The notes beneath the pieces were generated by a model that saw only the letters and a program-made list of their open reading frames with translations, made no database searches and had not been told where the DNA came from. DNA of 64,000 nucleotides from Neisseriaceae bacterium (GTDB taxonomy: Bacteria; Pseudomonadota; Gammaproteobacteria; Burkholderiales; Neisseriaceae): contig JAFTFY010000008.1 in NCBI GenBank assembly GCA_017458185.1, positions 12,315 through 76,314 of the forward strand, read 5' to 3'. The translations under genes were made by a program, and so were the position numbers. This document shows positions 1 to 9,805 of the stretch, one piece after another (positions within the stretch are counted from its first letter, which is position 1; each line of letters opens with the position of its first letter).

Positions 1-104
1 TAATGGCATTACCCAACTTAATCGCCTTGTTATTATTATCCAAAGTCGTGGTTTCAGAAACCCGCGACTTTATCGCACGGCGTAAGTCGGGAGAGTTGTA
101 TTAA
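1..104 (+). CDS. 3' end (partial) of an alanine/glycine:cation symporter (AGCS) family transporter
   Basis: Frame starting at nt 3 reads MALPNLIALLLLSKVVVSETRDFIARRKSGELY then TAA at 102-104. This C-terminal pattern is typical of sodium:alanine symporters, recalled from memory only. Confidence 0.5.
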   Translation, partial: MALPNLIALLLLSKVVVSETRDFIARRKSGELY

Positions 105-109
105 AACTT

Positions 110-132
110 GTAGGGTGGGTTTCTAACCCACC
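110..132. repeat. REP-like hairpin (GTAGGG + GGTGGG..CCCACC stem)
   Basis: The sequence is gtagggtgggtttctaacccacc. Related copies lie at 11673-11697, 11805-11828, 11838-11860, 23754-23781, 23832-23859 and 30216-30242. Confidence 0.7.
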
Positions 133-320
133 ATTTTTATGAAGATTAAATCTTTTCAGGCAGCCTGAAAACAAGTTCAATCAACGCCGTGTGGTGAATA
201 AATCTATCCAAAATATACCATTCTGTTGTAAAATAAGCGGTTTGCAAAAAAAATCGCAACAAACTCGATACGCTTATTAACCACTTGATTTTTATAAAGA
301 ATTTTTAAGGAAACAACAAT

Positions 321-3300
321 ATGCCAAAACGCAGTGATTTGAAAACCATTTTAATTATCGGCGCAGGTCCGATTGTGATTGGTCAGGCGTGTGAGTTTGA
401 CTATTCTGGGGCACAGGCGTGTAAAGCCTTGCGTGAAGAGGGCTATCGTGTGGTGTTGGTTAATTCCAACCCTGCCACGATTATGACTGACCCTGAAATG
501 GCGGATAAAACTTATATTGAGCCGATTGTGTGGCAGACTTTGGAAAAAATCATCGCCAAAGAACGCCCAGACGCTGTTTTGCCGACTATGGGCGGGCAAA
601 CGGCTTTGAATGCCGCTTTGGATTTGGCTCGTCATGGCGTGCTGGAAAAATACGGCGTAGAACTCATCGGTGCAACGGAAGATGCGATTGATAAAGCCGA
701 AGACCGTGGGCGTTTTAAGGAGGCGATGGAAAAAATCGGCTTGAAAACGCCGAAATCGTTTATTTGTCATACAATGGAAGAAGCACTGAACGCTCAAAGC
801 GAAGTGGGTTTTCCGACTTTAATTCGTCCGTCTTTTACAATGGGCGGTTCTGGTGGCGGTATTGCGTATAACAAGGAAGAGTTTTTGGCGATTTGCGAGC
901 GTGGTTTTGACGCTTCGCCCACGCACGAATTGTTGGTGGAACAATCCATTTTGGGCTGGAAAGAATACGAAATGGAAGTGGTGCGTGATAAAAACGACAA
1001 CTGCATTATCGTGTGTTCGATTGAAAACTTTGACCCTTGCGGCGTGCATACGGGCGATTCCATCACGGTTGCCCCTGCACAAACCTTGACGGATAAAGAA
1101 TATCAAATTATGCGTAATGCGTCTTTGGCGGTGTTGCGTGAAATCGGCGTGGATACAGGCGGCTCGAATGTGCAGTTTGCAGTTAATCCCAAAAACGGCG
1201 AGATGATTATTATTGAGATGAATCCGCGTGTGTCCCGTTCGTCTGCGTTAGCGTCCAAAGCAACAGGTTTTCCGATTGCCAAAATCGCCGCTAAACTCGC
1301 TGTGGGCTACACTTTGGACGAGTTGAAAAACGATATTACAGGCGGCAGAACGCCTGCGTCTTTTGAGCCGTCTATTGATTATGTGGTTACCAAAATTCCA
1401 CGCTTTGCGTTTGAAAAATTCCCTGCGGCGGACGATCGTTTAACCACGCAAATGAAATCGGTGGGCGAAGTGATGGCGATTGGCAGAACTTTCCAAGAAA
1501 GTATGCAAAAAGCCTTGCGTGGCTTGGAAACTGGCTTATCAGGCTTGGACGAACGCTCAACCGATTTGGAAGAAATCAAAAGCGAAATTTCCGACCCAGG
1601 TGCGGAACGCTTGCTGTTTGTGGCAGACGCTATGCGTTTGAGTTTAAGCGTGGAAGAATTGTATAAACAAACAGGCATAGACCCTTGGTTCTTGGCAAAT
1701 ATTGAAGATTTAATCAACGAAGAAAAACAAATCGTTTCAGGCAGCCTGAAAGACTTGGATTTCAATCGTATGCGAACCTTAAAACGCAAAGGTTTTTCGG
1801 ATAAACGCATTGCGACATTGTTAAATATTAGCGAAAAAGAAGTCAGACAACACCGCTACGCTTTGAACTTACACCCAGTGTATAAACGCGTGGATACTTG
1901 TGCGGCAGAGTTTGCAACCGACACGGCTTATCTTTATTCTTCATACGAAGAAGAGTGCGAAGCAGCACCCTCTGACCGCAAAAAAATTATGATTTTAGGC
2001 GGCGGTCCAAACCGTATCGGACAAGGCATTGAGTTTGATTACTGCTGCGTGCATGCGGCATTGTCTTTGCGTGAAAGCGGCTGGGAAACGATTATGGTCA
2101 ATTGCAACCCCGAAACCGTTTCCACTGACTACGACACTTCCGACCGCCTGTATTTTGAACCGCTGACGCTTGAAGATGTATTAGAAATCGTGCGAACCGA
2201 AAATCCTGACGGCGTGATTGTGCATTACGGCGGACAAACGCCTTTGAAACTGGCGAATGATTTGGTTGAAAACGGCGTGAAAATTATCGGTACATCAGCC
2301 GATGCGATTGACGCAGCCGAAGACCGCGAACGCTTTCAACAAATCCTAAAAGATTTGGGTTTAAGGCAGCCTGAAAACCGCACTGCCACTAACGAACAAG
2401 ACGCATTGCGATTAGCAGAAGAAGTGGGCTATCCGCTGGTTGTGCGTCCGTCTTATGTTTTGGGCGGCAGAGCCATGCAAATTGTGCATTCCGCAGACGA
2501 ATTGCAAACCTATATGCGAGAAGCGGTGAAAGTCTCCAACGACAGCCCAGTTTTGTTAGACCATTATTTAGACAATGCGATTGAAGTAGATGTGGATTGC
2601 GTGTGCGATGGCGAACAAGCCGTCATCGGCGGCATTATGCAGCACATTGAACAAGCAGGCGTGCATAGTGGCGACTCGGCGTGTTCCATTCCAGCCTATT
2701 CCTTATCCAAAGAAATTCAAGACGAAATCCGCCGTCAAACCAAAGCGATGGCGTTTGCCTTAAATGTCGTTGGTTTAATGAATGTGCAGTTTGCCGTCAA
2801 AGACGATGTGGTGTATGTGTTGGAAGTCAATCCCAGAGCCAGTCGCACCGTGCCATTTGTCTCCAAAGCCACAGGCGTGCCGTTGGCCAAAATCGCCGCA
2901 CGAGTGATGGCAGGCGAAAGCCTTAAATCGCAAGGCTTTGAAAAAGAAGTCATTCCAGAATATTTTGCGGTGAAAGAAGCCGTCTTCCCATTCATCAAAT
3001 TTCCAGGCGTAGATACCATTTTAGGGCCTGAAATGCGTTCCACAGGCGAAGTGATGGGTGTGGGCAAAACATTCTCCGAAGCCTACTTAAAAGCCCAATT
3101 AGGTGCAGGCGAAAAAATTCCGCACACAGGCAAAATCTTCTTATCCGTGCGAAACGAAGACAAAGGCAGCCTGAAAGCGATTGCCAAAAAATTCATCGCC
3201 GCAGGCTATTCACTATCAGGCACAGAAGGCACAGCAGCCTATCTACAAGCCGCAGGCATTGAGTGCGAGAAAATCAACAAAGTGCGAGAAGGTCGCCCGC

Positions 3301-3524
3301 ACATTGTCGATGCCCTAAAAAACGGCGAAATTGCGATGGCGGTGAATACGGTAAATAACGACGCAAAATCCATCAAAGACAGCCACGCCATACGCCGCAA
3401 CGCCTTGAACGGCAGAATTCCACTTTACACCACAACAGCAGGCGGAGCCGCCGTTGCCGAAGCGGTGCAAAGTTTGGACAAAACAAATGTGTATAGCGTG
3501 CAAGAATTGCATGGCTTGAAGTAG
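321..3524 (+). CDS. carB: carbamoyl-phosphate synthase large subunit
   Basis: 1067 aa with two ATP-grasp halves ([10 protein letters not shown].. and [10 protein letters not shown]..) and an MGS-like C-terminus. This is canonical CarB colinearity. Confidence 0.97.
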   Translation: MPKRSDLKTILIIGAGPIVIGQACEFDYSGAQACKALREEGYRVVLVNSNPATIMTDPEMADKTYIEPIVWQTLEKIIAKERPDAVLPTMGGQTALNAALDLARHGVLEKYGVELIGATEDAIDKAEDRGRFKEAMEKIGLKTPKSFICHTMEEALNAQSEVGFPTLIRPSFTMGGSGGGIAYNKEEFLAICERGFDASPTHELLVEQSILGWKEYEMEVVRDKNDNCIIVCSIENFDPCGVHTGDSITVAPAQTLTDKEYQIMRNASLAVLREIGVDTGGSNVQFAVNPKNGEMIIIEMNPRVSRSSALASKATGFPIAKIAAKLAVGYTLDELKNDITGGRTPASFEPSIDYVVTKIPRFAFEKFPAADDRLTTQMKSVGEVMAIGRTFQESMQKALRGLETGLSGLDERSTDLEEIKSEISDPGAERLLFVADAMRLSLSVEELYKQTGIDPWFLANIEDLINEEKQIVSGSLKDLDFNRMRTLKRKGFSDKRIATLLNISEKEVRQHRYALNLHPVYKRVDTCAAEFATDTAYLYSSYEEECEAAPSDRKKIMILGGGPNRIGQGIEFDYCCVHAALSLRESGWETIMVNCNPETVSTDYDTSDRLYFEPLTLEDVLEIVRTENPDGVIVHYGGQTPLKLANDLVENGVKIIGTSADAIDAAEDRERFQQILKDLGLRQPENRTATNEQDALRLAEEVGYPLVVRPSYVLGGRAMQIVHSADELQTYMREAVKVSNDSPVLLDHYLDNAIEVDVDCVCDGEQAVIGGIMQHIEQAGVHSGDSACSIPAYSLSKEIQDEIRRQTKAMAFALNVVGLMNVQFAVKDDVVYVLEVNPRASRTVPFVSKATGVPLAKIAARVMAGESLKSQGFEKEVIPEYFAVKEAVFPFIKFPGVDTILGPEMRSTGEVMGVGKTFSEAYLKAQLGAGEKIPHTGKIFLSVRNEDKGSLKAIAKKFIAAGYSLSGTEGTAAYLQAAGIECEKINKVREGRPHIVDALKNGEIAMAVNTVNNDAKSIKDSHAIRRNALNGRIPLYTTTAGGAAVAEAVQSLDKTNVYSVQELHGLK

Positions 3525-3542
3525 ATTGTTGATTTTGTTTAG

Positions 3543-3587
3543 AAAAACACGCTGCCTGAAATACTTTCAGGCAGCGTGTTTTTTTTC
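3543..3587 (+). terminator. Rho-independent terminator of carB, built from two inverted degenerate DUS
   Basis: aaaaacacgctgcctgaaa-tac-tttcaggcagcgtgttttttt forms a long perfect stem followed by a T-run. Confidence 0.8.
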
Positions 3588-3604
3588 AGGCAGCCTGAAA
3601 ACAC

Positions 3605-3638
3605 AATAAAATATCTTCCGTTAGGAAGATATTTTATT
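3605..3638. terminator. bidirectional hairpin terminator (end of the minor-pilin operon)
   Basis: aataaaatatcttcc-gtta-ggaagatattttatt is a perfect 15-bp stem with A/T runs on both sides, 12 nt from the stop at 3650. Confidence 0.7.
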
Positions 3639-3649
3639 CAAACAAACCA

Positions 3650-4054
3650 TTAATCTTTAATTCGTCTTGCCCAAGCACACACCGAATCGTAAGTACAATT
3701 AGAATAAGTAAATTGACCTGTTTTTAAATTCAAAGAAACTTCCGCTCCAAACTTATTGGTCGCCTTTTTCTTGGCTGTCAAAGTGAAGGTGTCTGCACTT
3801 ACATCTAAATCGTGATATTTCGCTAAATCACCACCAGATTTATACTTACTTTTATCAGCAGGATATTTTCCTTCTTTAAGAAAATTCGCCTGTGCCTCTT
3901 GGCGAGCCTGATTTAAGTAGGCTTTGGCAGTGGTTATTCGTCCTTTTTCTTGATAACGAGAATAAGACGGCATGGCGATTGCAGCCAAAATTGCAATAAT
4001 CGCCACCACAATCATCACTTCTGTTAAAGTAAAACCTCTATTGAGCGTGTTCAT
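3650..4054 (-). CDS. type IV minor pilin (PilE/PilX-like, fifth gene of the minor-pilin operon)
   Basis: The start was moved to the ATG at 4054, which has an AGGAGA RBS upstream. The N-terminus MNTLNRGFTLTEVMIVVAIIAILAAIA is a class III prepilin signal (G/FTLxE). A C-terminal Cys pair (CTYDSVC) is present. 134 aa. Confidence 0.8.
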   Translation of the reverse strand: MNTLNRGFTLTEVMIVVAIIAILAAIAMPSYSRYQEKGRITTAKAYLNQARQEAQANFLKEGKYPADKSKYKSGGDLAKYHDLDVSADTFTLTAKKKATNKFGAEVSLNLKTGQFTYSNCTYDSVCAWARRIKD

Positions 4055-4073
4055 TTTACATTCTCCTGTTTTT

Positions 4074-4682
4074 TTAAGATGAAGGAGCCACCAAAACGGT
4101 TTGTAAAGTGGAAATAGTATTAGGATTTTGACCCGTAGCACGAGCAGTAACACGGAACACGCGTATATTAGAAGCTCCGTCAATTCCTTCTTTAACACCT
4201 AAATATTCAACAATATAACGCGGTTTTTCAGCACCACCTGCAATATCCACTTCTTTGCCATGAGCAGTAAAACCATTGTTTTCCCAAAGTGGAAAACCAT
4301 TACTAATGGCAGTGGTTGCACCAACACCACACAAACCATTATAGCAATCATTGTCAGGAAAAGTAGTTTTTAATGTTGCTTCATCGACAGTCTCTTTTTT
4401 AATGGTGCTGGAACTGGTGCCAGAAGTAGAAGCAAAGACAACACCAGTAATTTCTTTTTCTGCTTCTAACAATGTTTTCTCTGCCAAACCTTTGGCAAAT
4501 TTTTGGTCGGCATTATTGGTGCTAATCCGCATTTCGGTATTGCTCACCTGTGCACCTGCTATCACTAACAACGCAATAACAACCATAATCATCATCACCA
4601 TCACCAAAGAAAAACCACTTTGCTGATGCTGTGTATTGATGAAACCATATTTTACAGTGACATTAATTTTCTGCTTGCACAT
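4074..4682 (-). CDS. PilX/PilK-like minor pilin
   Basis: QQSGFSLVMVMMIMVVIALLVIAG is a degenerate prepilin leader plus hydrophobic helix. The gene holds the fourth position in a fimT-pilV-pilW-pilX type operon and overlaps the pilW stop. Confidence 0.65.
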   Translation of the reverse strand: MCKQKINVTVKYGFINTQHQQSGFSLVMVMMIMVVIALLVIAGAQVSNTEMRISTNNADQKFAKGLAEKTLLEAEKEITGVVFASTSGTSSSTIKKETVDEATLKTTFPDNDCYNGLCGVGATTAISNGFPLWENNGFTAHGKEVDIAGGAEKPRYIVEYLGVKEGIDGASNIRVFRVTARATGQNPNTISTLQTVLVAPSS

Positions 4683-5869
4683 ACATTACCTCCGCGTATG
4701 GTTGATGTAATTACAAATTGTTCACCTTTATTACCAGAACTTACTGATCCACCACGCACATCTGGAAAATTATAAGTTAAGGTTAAACGCACAGACGACG
4801 GACCTTGATTTCCTCTTGTATCTTGTTCAACATCACCAGTACCAGCTTCTGCATCTCGAACAACATACAGTTGGTCATTAACAGTTGCAAGCGTTGCACC
4901 ACTACCTGCGGGAACAGAAGCACCAGCAGTTACAATCGTACCACTTGGGCATTCCCTTACAAATAAGTATTCCGCTGTCATTGCAGTAACATTTTTCGCT
5001 AGCTGTTGTGGTGGCGACCAATTATCGCCGTCACTACCAAATTCAAAACGATACAATGAAGATGAAGTTGGGTCATCAACATTTGGAATATTACCAACAA
5101 CATACGCCACAACTTTATACCGTTGTAAAATCATATCGGCGTATTGCCCCATTTTACTTACACCAGCAGGAAGATTGGCTGCGTTTGCAGGGGCAGGGGG
5201 CGTTACATTCATAGTTACTGGGTGTTCATTAGCTGTTTGGACAGCCGTAAGCTGTTGTACCTGCAAGGCATTGCAACCAGAAGCAACCACATAACCATTA
5301 CCTGATGCCAGAATACTTTCTACTATTTTATTGGGGTGTCCTTCTTTGGCATTAAAAGTTACTACATTACCTGCTTCACTCTTGTATGCCAAGGAACCCT
5401 CACCGTAATAAAACAGTAATACGCCACTTGTAGGAGTGAAAACGGCAGAATCCCAAATTCCTAAAGGAGTGCTACCTGTAGCCGTTGTTTGAGAAATCCA
5501 ACGCACGCCTGCGGATGGATTGGTTACATCATTCAATGTTGTCAATGCTTTTGCACCAGTTAATGTATTGGGTGCATCGAGTGCAATCTCACCATTCACA
5601 ACATCTGGAGCATTTTGTCGTCCTAATGACGCACAGCCAAACACACCTGCACTACGAGAATCTTGAGCAATCATTGTGGCTGCAGCACGCAAGTCTTGCA
5701 GAGTGGCGACACGAGCCATGCCAATATCGTTTAAGCGTTTGGTGTAAGAATAAAGGGCACCAGCACCAGCGATAACCACTAAACCCAAAACACTGGCAAC
5801 CATAAACTCAACCAAGGTAAAGCCTTGTTGGTTGCTATAATTTTGAATAGACATATTTTGTTTTTTCAT
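4652..5869 (-). CDS. pilW: PilW/PilJ-like minor pilin
   Basis: QQGFTLVEFMVASVLGLVVIAG is a prepilin methylation motif. The 405-aa size and operon position match PilW. Confidence 0.75.
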   Translation of the reverse strand: MKKQNMSIQNYSNQQGFTLVEFMVASVLGLVVIAGAGALYSYTKRLNDIGMARVATLQDLRAAATMIAQDSRSAGVFGCASLGRQNAPDVVNGEIALDAPNTLTGAKALTTLNDVTNPSAGVRWISQTTATGSTPLGIWDSAVFTPTSGVLLFYYGEGSLAYKSEAGNVVTFNAKEGHPNKIVESILASGNGYVVASGCNALQVQQLTAVQTANEHPVTMNVTPPAPANAANLPAGVSKMGQYADMILQRYKVVAYVVGNIPNVDDPTSSSLYRFEFGSDGDNWSPPQQLAKNVTAMTAEYLFVRECPSGTIVTAGASVPAGSGATLATVNDQLYVVRDAEAGTGDVEQDTRGNQGPSSVRLTLTYNFPDVRGGSVSSGNKGEQFVITSTIRGGNVCASRKLMSL

Positions 5870-5882
5870 TTACGCTCCCCTA

Positions 5883-6374
5883 TCAATCCATATTATCCAA
5901 TTCATATTTGTATTCAAATTCCTTATCCGATGAGCCGCCCATTTTCCATTTAACAGTTAGCGTTTCACCTGTAACAATTAACTCAACATTACCGTCAAGA
6001 CCTGTAACTTGACAAGCTTGCTGGAAGAATAAGTCTTGATGATATGTAACCAAAGCATCTCCTTTTGAATTTGCAGCAGGTCGTTGTGGTGTAGGAAGAT
6101 TTGAGCAATCAGTATTCTTTGCATAACGCCCATAATTGCGTTTCGTAACCAAACCATTGAGACCTAATACAGGATTCGTCATCATATTATCTGCCAAGTT
6201 TTCCGTTGCTTGGGCAATGATGGTTTGGTTTTCTGCCTCTTTAATGCCAATCGAAGTGCGTGTTTGCATGGCAATCAATGCCATTAAGCCCAACGCAAGG
6301 ATAAACATGGACACCAAAATTTCAATCAAGGTAGAGCCTTGTTGTTGAATAGGTGTGGTTTTTACGGTTTTCAT
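5883..6374 (-). CDS. pilV: PilV/PilI-like minor pilin
   Basis: The start was moved to the ATG at 6374 (AAGGA RBS). MKTVKTTPIQQQGSTLIEILVSMFILALGL is a prepilin motif. Confidence 0.75.
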   Translation of the reverse strand: MKTVKTTPIQQQGSTLIEILVSMFILALGLMALIAMQTRTSIGIKEAENQTIIAQATENLADNMMTNPVLGLNGLVTKRNYGRYAKNTDCSNLPTPQRPAANSKGDALVTYHQDLFFQQACQVTGLDGNVELIVTGETLTVKWKMGGSSDKEFEYKYELDNMD

Positions 6375-6391
6375 ATTTGTATCCTTCTTTC

Positions 6392-7075
6392 TTATTCGCA
6401 ATAGAAGAAATCGGTATTATTGCCATTTAATGCAGAGCGTTTTCCAGTATAAACAGAAGCACGACCTGTGGCATCAACACGAATAACTTCGCAAAAACGA
6501 GAAGTTTGGTTTCTGGTTGCTCGTTTATTATCTTTTACCATAATGCGTCCGATTGCACCTGGGGGAAGATTAACTTCCACTTTTTTATTATTCATTTTGC
6601 CAATACGCATTTGTCCATTGGAATAGTAAGTGAATGCCATAGTTTTATCATCAACATTCGTTCCCACAGCACTTCCTAATGCTTCTTGTGTTATTTTGTC
6701 GATTAGTACATTATTGTGTATGGAAACCACGCGTAAGTCTTCTCCCGTATTGTACTTTTGATCATCACCACCATTATTATCCGTAAATACAACTAACGCA
6801 TTCGCACTAGCCCAAGTGTCTGATGTGTCATTGAGTTTGCCATCTGTTCTTATACTGCCTGGCACAACAAACACAGGTTTTCCTCGACGCACGGCTTCGT
6901 TGTGTGCAAAGGTAAATGCGTTGGCGATTTCGTTGGCTTGTCCTTGTACTCTTTGGCGAGCCGCCATTGCTCCCATATTGGGTACGGCGAGTGTGGCGAA
7001 GATGGCTGCCAGAGCCACGACTATCATCAGTTCGGTTAAGGTAAAGCCTTGTTGTTTTAAATGAGTGCGTTTCAT
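6392..7075 (-). CDS. GspH/FimT-family minor pilin (PilH-like)
   Basis: MKRTHLKQQGFTLTELMIVVALAAIFATLAVP is a prepilin motif. This is the first gene of the operon and its size is typical of FimT. Confidence 0.8.
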   Translation of the reverse strand: MKRTHLKQQGFTLTELMIVVALAAIFATLAVPNMGAMAARQRVQGQANEIANAFTFAHNEAVRRGKPVFVVPGSIRTDGKLNDTSDTWASANALVVFTDNNGGDDQKYNTGEDLRVVSIHNNVLIDKITQEALGSAVGTNVDDKTMAFTYYSNGQMRIGKMNNKKVEVNLPPGAIGRIMVKDNKRATRNQTSRFCEVIRVDATGRASVYTGKRSALNGNNTDFFYCE

Positions 7076-7252
7076 AGAACATACCCCAGTTTTGCTGTGT
7101 TTTTAGTATGATAAACAAGATATTTCAATCATGTTATCACTTTTTGATTAAAGGTTATTTACTGCGATAAGCGTTATTATAGCAACCTGAACAGTCATTC
7201 GACAAAATAAAGCCGAATTTTTTGTGTTATCGGCTTTATTTGTGTTGTTTAT

Positions 7253-8536
7253 TTAGTTGCTCTTTTTCAAAGGTTGCAATAGCGTTATATCGTCTTCGTG
7301 CATGTCTGCTCTTTTGGCGGCGTGTTTGCTAATCACCAAACGCAGGCGATCCATTTCTTTTTTGCGACTGAGTAACTCGTCTTCTTCATCGTCCTTGCGT
7401 GATTTTTGCGGCGGACGATGTAGATAACGGTCATCGTAGTCGTCATCGCTATGGCGAGATGATACACGAGAACGGCGGTCGCGTGGGTCTTCGTCATCGT
7501 CATAGCGGCTGCGTGCAGGCAGACGATAATTGCGTTCATCGTCATAATCGTCATCATAACGGCTTCTTGGACGAGAACGGTAGCCTCGTTCGTCTTCATA
7601 ATCGTCATCATAACGACTTCTGGGACGAGAACGGTAACCGCGGTCGTCATCAAAATCGTCTTCATAACGACTTCTGGGACGAGAACGGTAACTACGGTCG
7701 TCTTCATAATCGTCATCATAACGACTTCTGGGACGAGAACGGTAGCCGCGGTCGTCTTCGTAATCGTCATCATAACGGCTTCTTGGGCGAGAGCGATAAC
7801 CGCGTTCATCTTCAAAATCGTCTTCATAACGACTTCTTGGACGAGTGCGATAACCGCGTTCGTCATCATAATCGTCATCGTCATAACGATTTCTTGGACG
7901 AGAACGGTAGTCTCGTTCGTCTTCATAGTCGTCATCATCGTAACGACTGCGAGAACGCATACGGCGTTCGTCTTTATCGTCATCACGATAGGCTTCACGG
8001 GTTTTTATTGTTGTTTTGATTTCGCTTTTTTCGCTACTTTCACCCAGTGAAGAAATTTCTGAATCTAAATCCAATGCGGGCAATTTGTTTTCATTAACAC
8101 GAGTAAGCGTAGGGTTGCGAAGCGAACGAATATCGGGTTGATGACCGAAAATCATATTTTGTTCGACATCGCTACCTAAATCGCTTGACCAGTCTAATTC
8201 GGCATGCCAAGAGAAGTCTAAATCGTGTGCCCACGGCAAAAGCACGGCTCTGCCTGGTGAAGTGGGTTCGGAATAAGTGCCTGGGAAAGGGGGCGGTTCA
8301 ATTGTGCCAGGAGCACCACGGTCATCGCGTTGAAGATAGCAATATAAACGGTTGCCGTAGGTAATGGTGCCTAAATAAGAACCATTGGGCGAATACACTT
8401 CGTTATCGTCCCACGGTGTCCAACCAATCCAGCGACTGTCGCGGTCGAATACATAACGCCGCTTGCGAAAGGCAATCCATCTGCCTGCTGAATCAAATAG
8501 ATAGTTAATGCTGACGGTTCCTGATGATGTTCTCAT
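7253..8536 (-). CDS. hypothetical protein: N-terminal W/Y/G-rich beta-type domain plus ten 18-aa Arg/Asp/Tyr-rich tandem repeats
   Basis: The start was set at the ATG at 8536, with AAGGAG 10 nt upstream. The repeat unit is RSRPRSRYDDDYEDERGY. A hairpin terminator lies at 7205-7245 on the minus strand. Confidence 0.7.
   Translation of the reverse strand: MRTSSGTVSINYLFDSAGRWIAFRKRRYVFDRDSRWIGWTPWDDNEVYSPNGSYLGTITYGNRLYCYLQRDDRGAPGTIEPPPFPGTYSEPTSPGRAVLLPWAHDLDFSWHAELDWSSDLGSDVEQNMIFGHQPDIRSLRNPTLTRVNENKLPALDLDSEISSLGESSEKSEIKTTIKTREAYRDDDKDERRMRSRSRYDDDDYEDERDYRSRPRNRYDDDDYDDERGYRTRPRSRYEDDFEDERGYRSRPRSRYDDDYEDDRGYRSRPRSRYDDDYEDDRSYRSRPRSRYEDDFDDDRGYRSRPRSRYDDDYEDERGYRSRPRSRYDDDYDDERNYRLPARSRYDDDEDPRDRRSRVSSRHSDDDYDDRYLHRPPQKSRKDDEEDELLSRKKEMDRLRLVISKHAAKRADMHEDDITLLQPLKKSN
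7421..7963 (-). repeat. 54-nt tandem coding repeat, about 10 units
   Basis: acgagaacggta recurs at exact 54-nt spacing (for example 7571 and 7625). The units translate to 18-aa R/S/P/Y/D/E repeats. Confidence 0.9.
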
Positions 8537-9154
8537 TTTCTGGCAACTCCTTTTATACCCTTTTATCGTCCTTAACAACAGACCAATACTCGCTTTCGGG
8601 TTTATTTTGTTATTTATTGTATATTGAATACTGCTACACGGTTTCCCATTTTTGGGTCATACCACTTTTCTAATTCTACCTGAATTGGCAACATAAAACA
8701 ATATGCTTTTATCACGCATTGTACGCACTGTTGCATAAAGGATACAAATTATTTCTTTTGTAATTAAGTTTTTGATTTATTTTAATTTATATATTATTGA
8801 TTATTTTAGTATGTTGAATAATTTTGCTTGATAAAATGATTGGGCGATGATTGATTTCATTTTATTTGATATATATCAGAATAAAATGATTTTCTTTGTA
8901 AGGCTATGATAAATATATATTTTATCTTTTATGGTGATTGATTTTATTAAACTGCTGAATGTTTCGTCATTATTAAGAAGTGGCTAAAAATGAACATTTC
9001 AGGCAGCCTGAAAAATTCAATAAACAACCATCATTGGCAGTTGCTGGACGCAATCTATATTCGCCTGCTTCTGTTGCTTATTGTACTTATCTTCTTTATG
9101 ATATAAAACAGTTTTAGGCTACCTGAACGGTCTTTATTGTATAGGAAAAACACC

Positions 9155-9805
9155 ATGTCTTTGTTTCCAGAAATTGTTTTAGCCAGCAATAATGCGGGCA
9201 AAATCAAGGAGTTTGCGGCTTTTTTTACGCCTTATGGTATGAGTATTATTTCGCAAAAAACGCTCGATATTCCTGAATGTGATGAACCACACAGCACATT
9301 TATTGAAAATGCGTTAGCCAAAGCACGCCATGCTGCGAAACATAGTGGCAAACCCGCATTAGCCGATGATTCGGGCATTTGTGCGGACGCTTTGGGTGGC
9401 AAACCTGGTATTCATTCGGCACGCTTTGCAGGGGAGCAAAAGTCAGATAAAGACAATAATGCAAAATTGTCGGAAATGTTGCAACCTTTTGAAAATAAAA
9501 AAGTTTATTATGCTTGTTCTTTGGTTTTGGTGCGACACGAGTTTGACCCGATGCCAATTATTGCCGAAGGAGTGTGGGAAGGTGTTTGGACGCACAATCC
9601 GCGTGGTGAGAACGGTTTTGGCTATGACCCGCATTTTTATATTCCTGAATATCGTCAAACGGCGGCGGAAATTTCAGGCAGCCTGAAAAATCGCATTAGC
9701 CATCGTGGCTTGGCGTTGATTGAGTTGATGAAAAAATTGGACGATTTATACTTGCGTGCGGGTTTGGCTATTCCTGAAATACCACATTTTGTGGAGAAAA
9801 AATAA
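9155..9805 (+). CDS. rdgB: dITP/XTP pyrophosphatase (Ham1/RdgB family)
   Basis: IVLASNNAGKIKEF.., DSGICADAL.GKPGIHSAR, FGYDPHF and ISHRG motifs are present. The start was moved to the ATG at 9155. Confidence 0.9.
   Translation: MSLFPEIVLASNNAGKIKEFAAFFTPYGMSIISQKTLDIPECDEPHSTFIENALAKARHAAKHSGKPALADDSGICADALGGKPGIHSARFAGEQKSDKDNNAKLSEMLQPFENKKVYYACSLVLVRHEFDPMPIIAEGVWEGVWTHNPRGENGFGYDPHFYIPEYRQTAAEISGSLKNRISHRGLALIELMKKLDDLYLRAGLAIPEIPHFVEKK

Noticed and set aside
3650-4054. The fifth minor pilin might be the DUS receptor ComP.
   Set aside because: ComP, as I recall it, is about 150 aa with two disulfide bonds and a characteristic DD-region. This protein has a single C-terminal Cys pair and sits in the pilX position of the operon. 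It is kept only as a low-priority DNA-binding candidate.
7333-8019. Two long ORFs (7333-7998 minus strand, 7399-8019 plus strand) overlap the repeat-protein gene in other frames.
   Set aside because: They exist only because the 54-nt tandem repeat lacks stops in several frames. Their products are monotonous (MMT/VLV.. and HNRHHNDFWDENG..) and they have no RBS. The frame with the N-terminal globular domain, RBS and terminator is the real gene.
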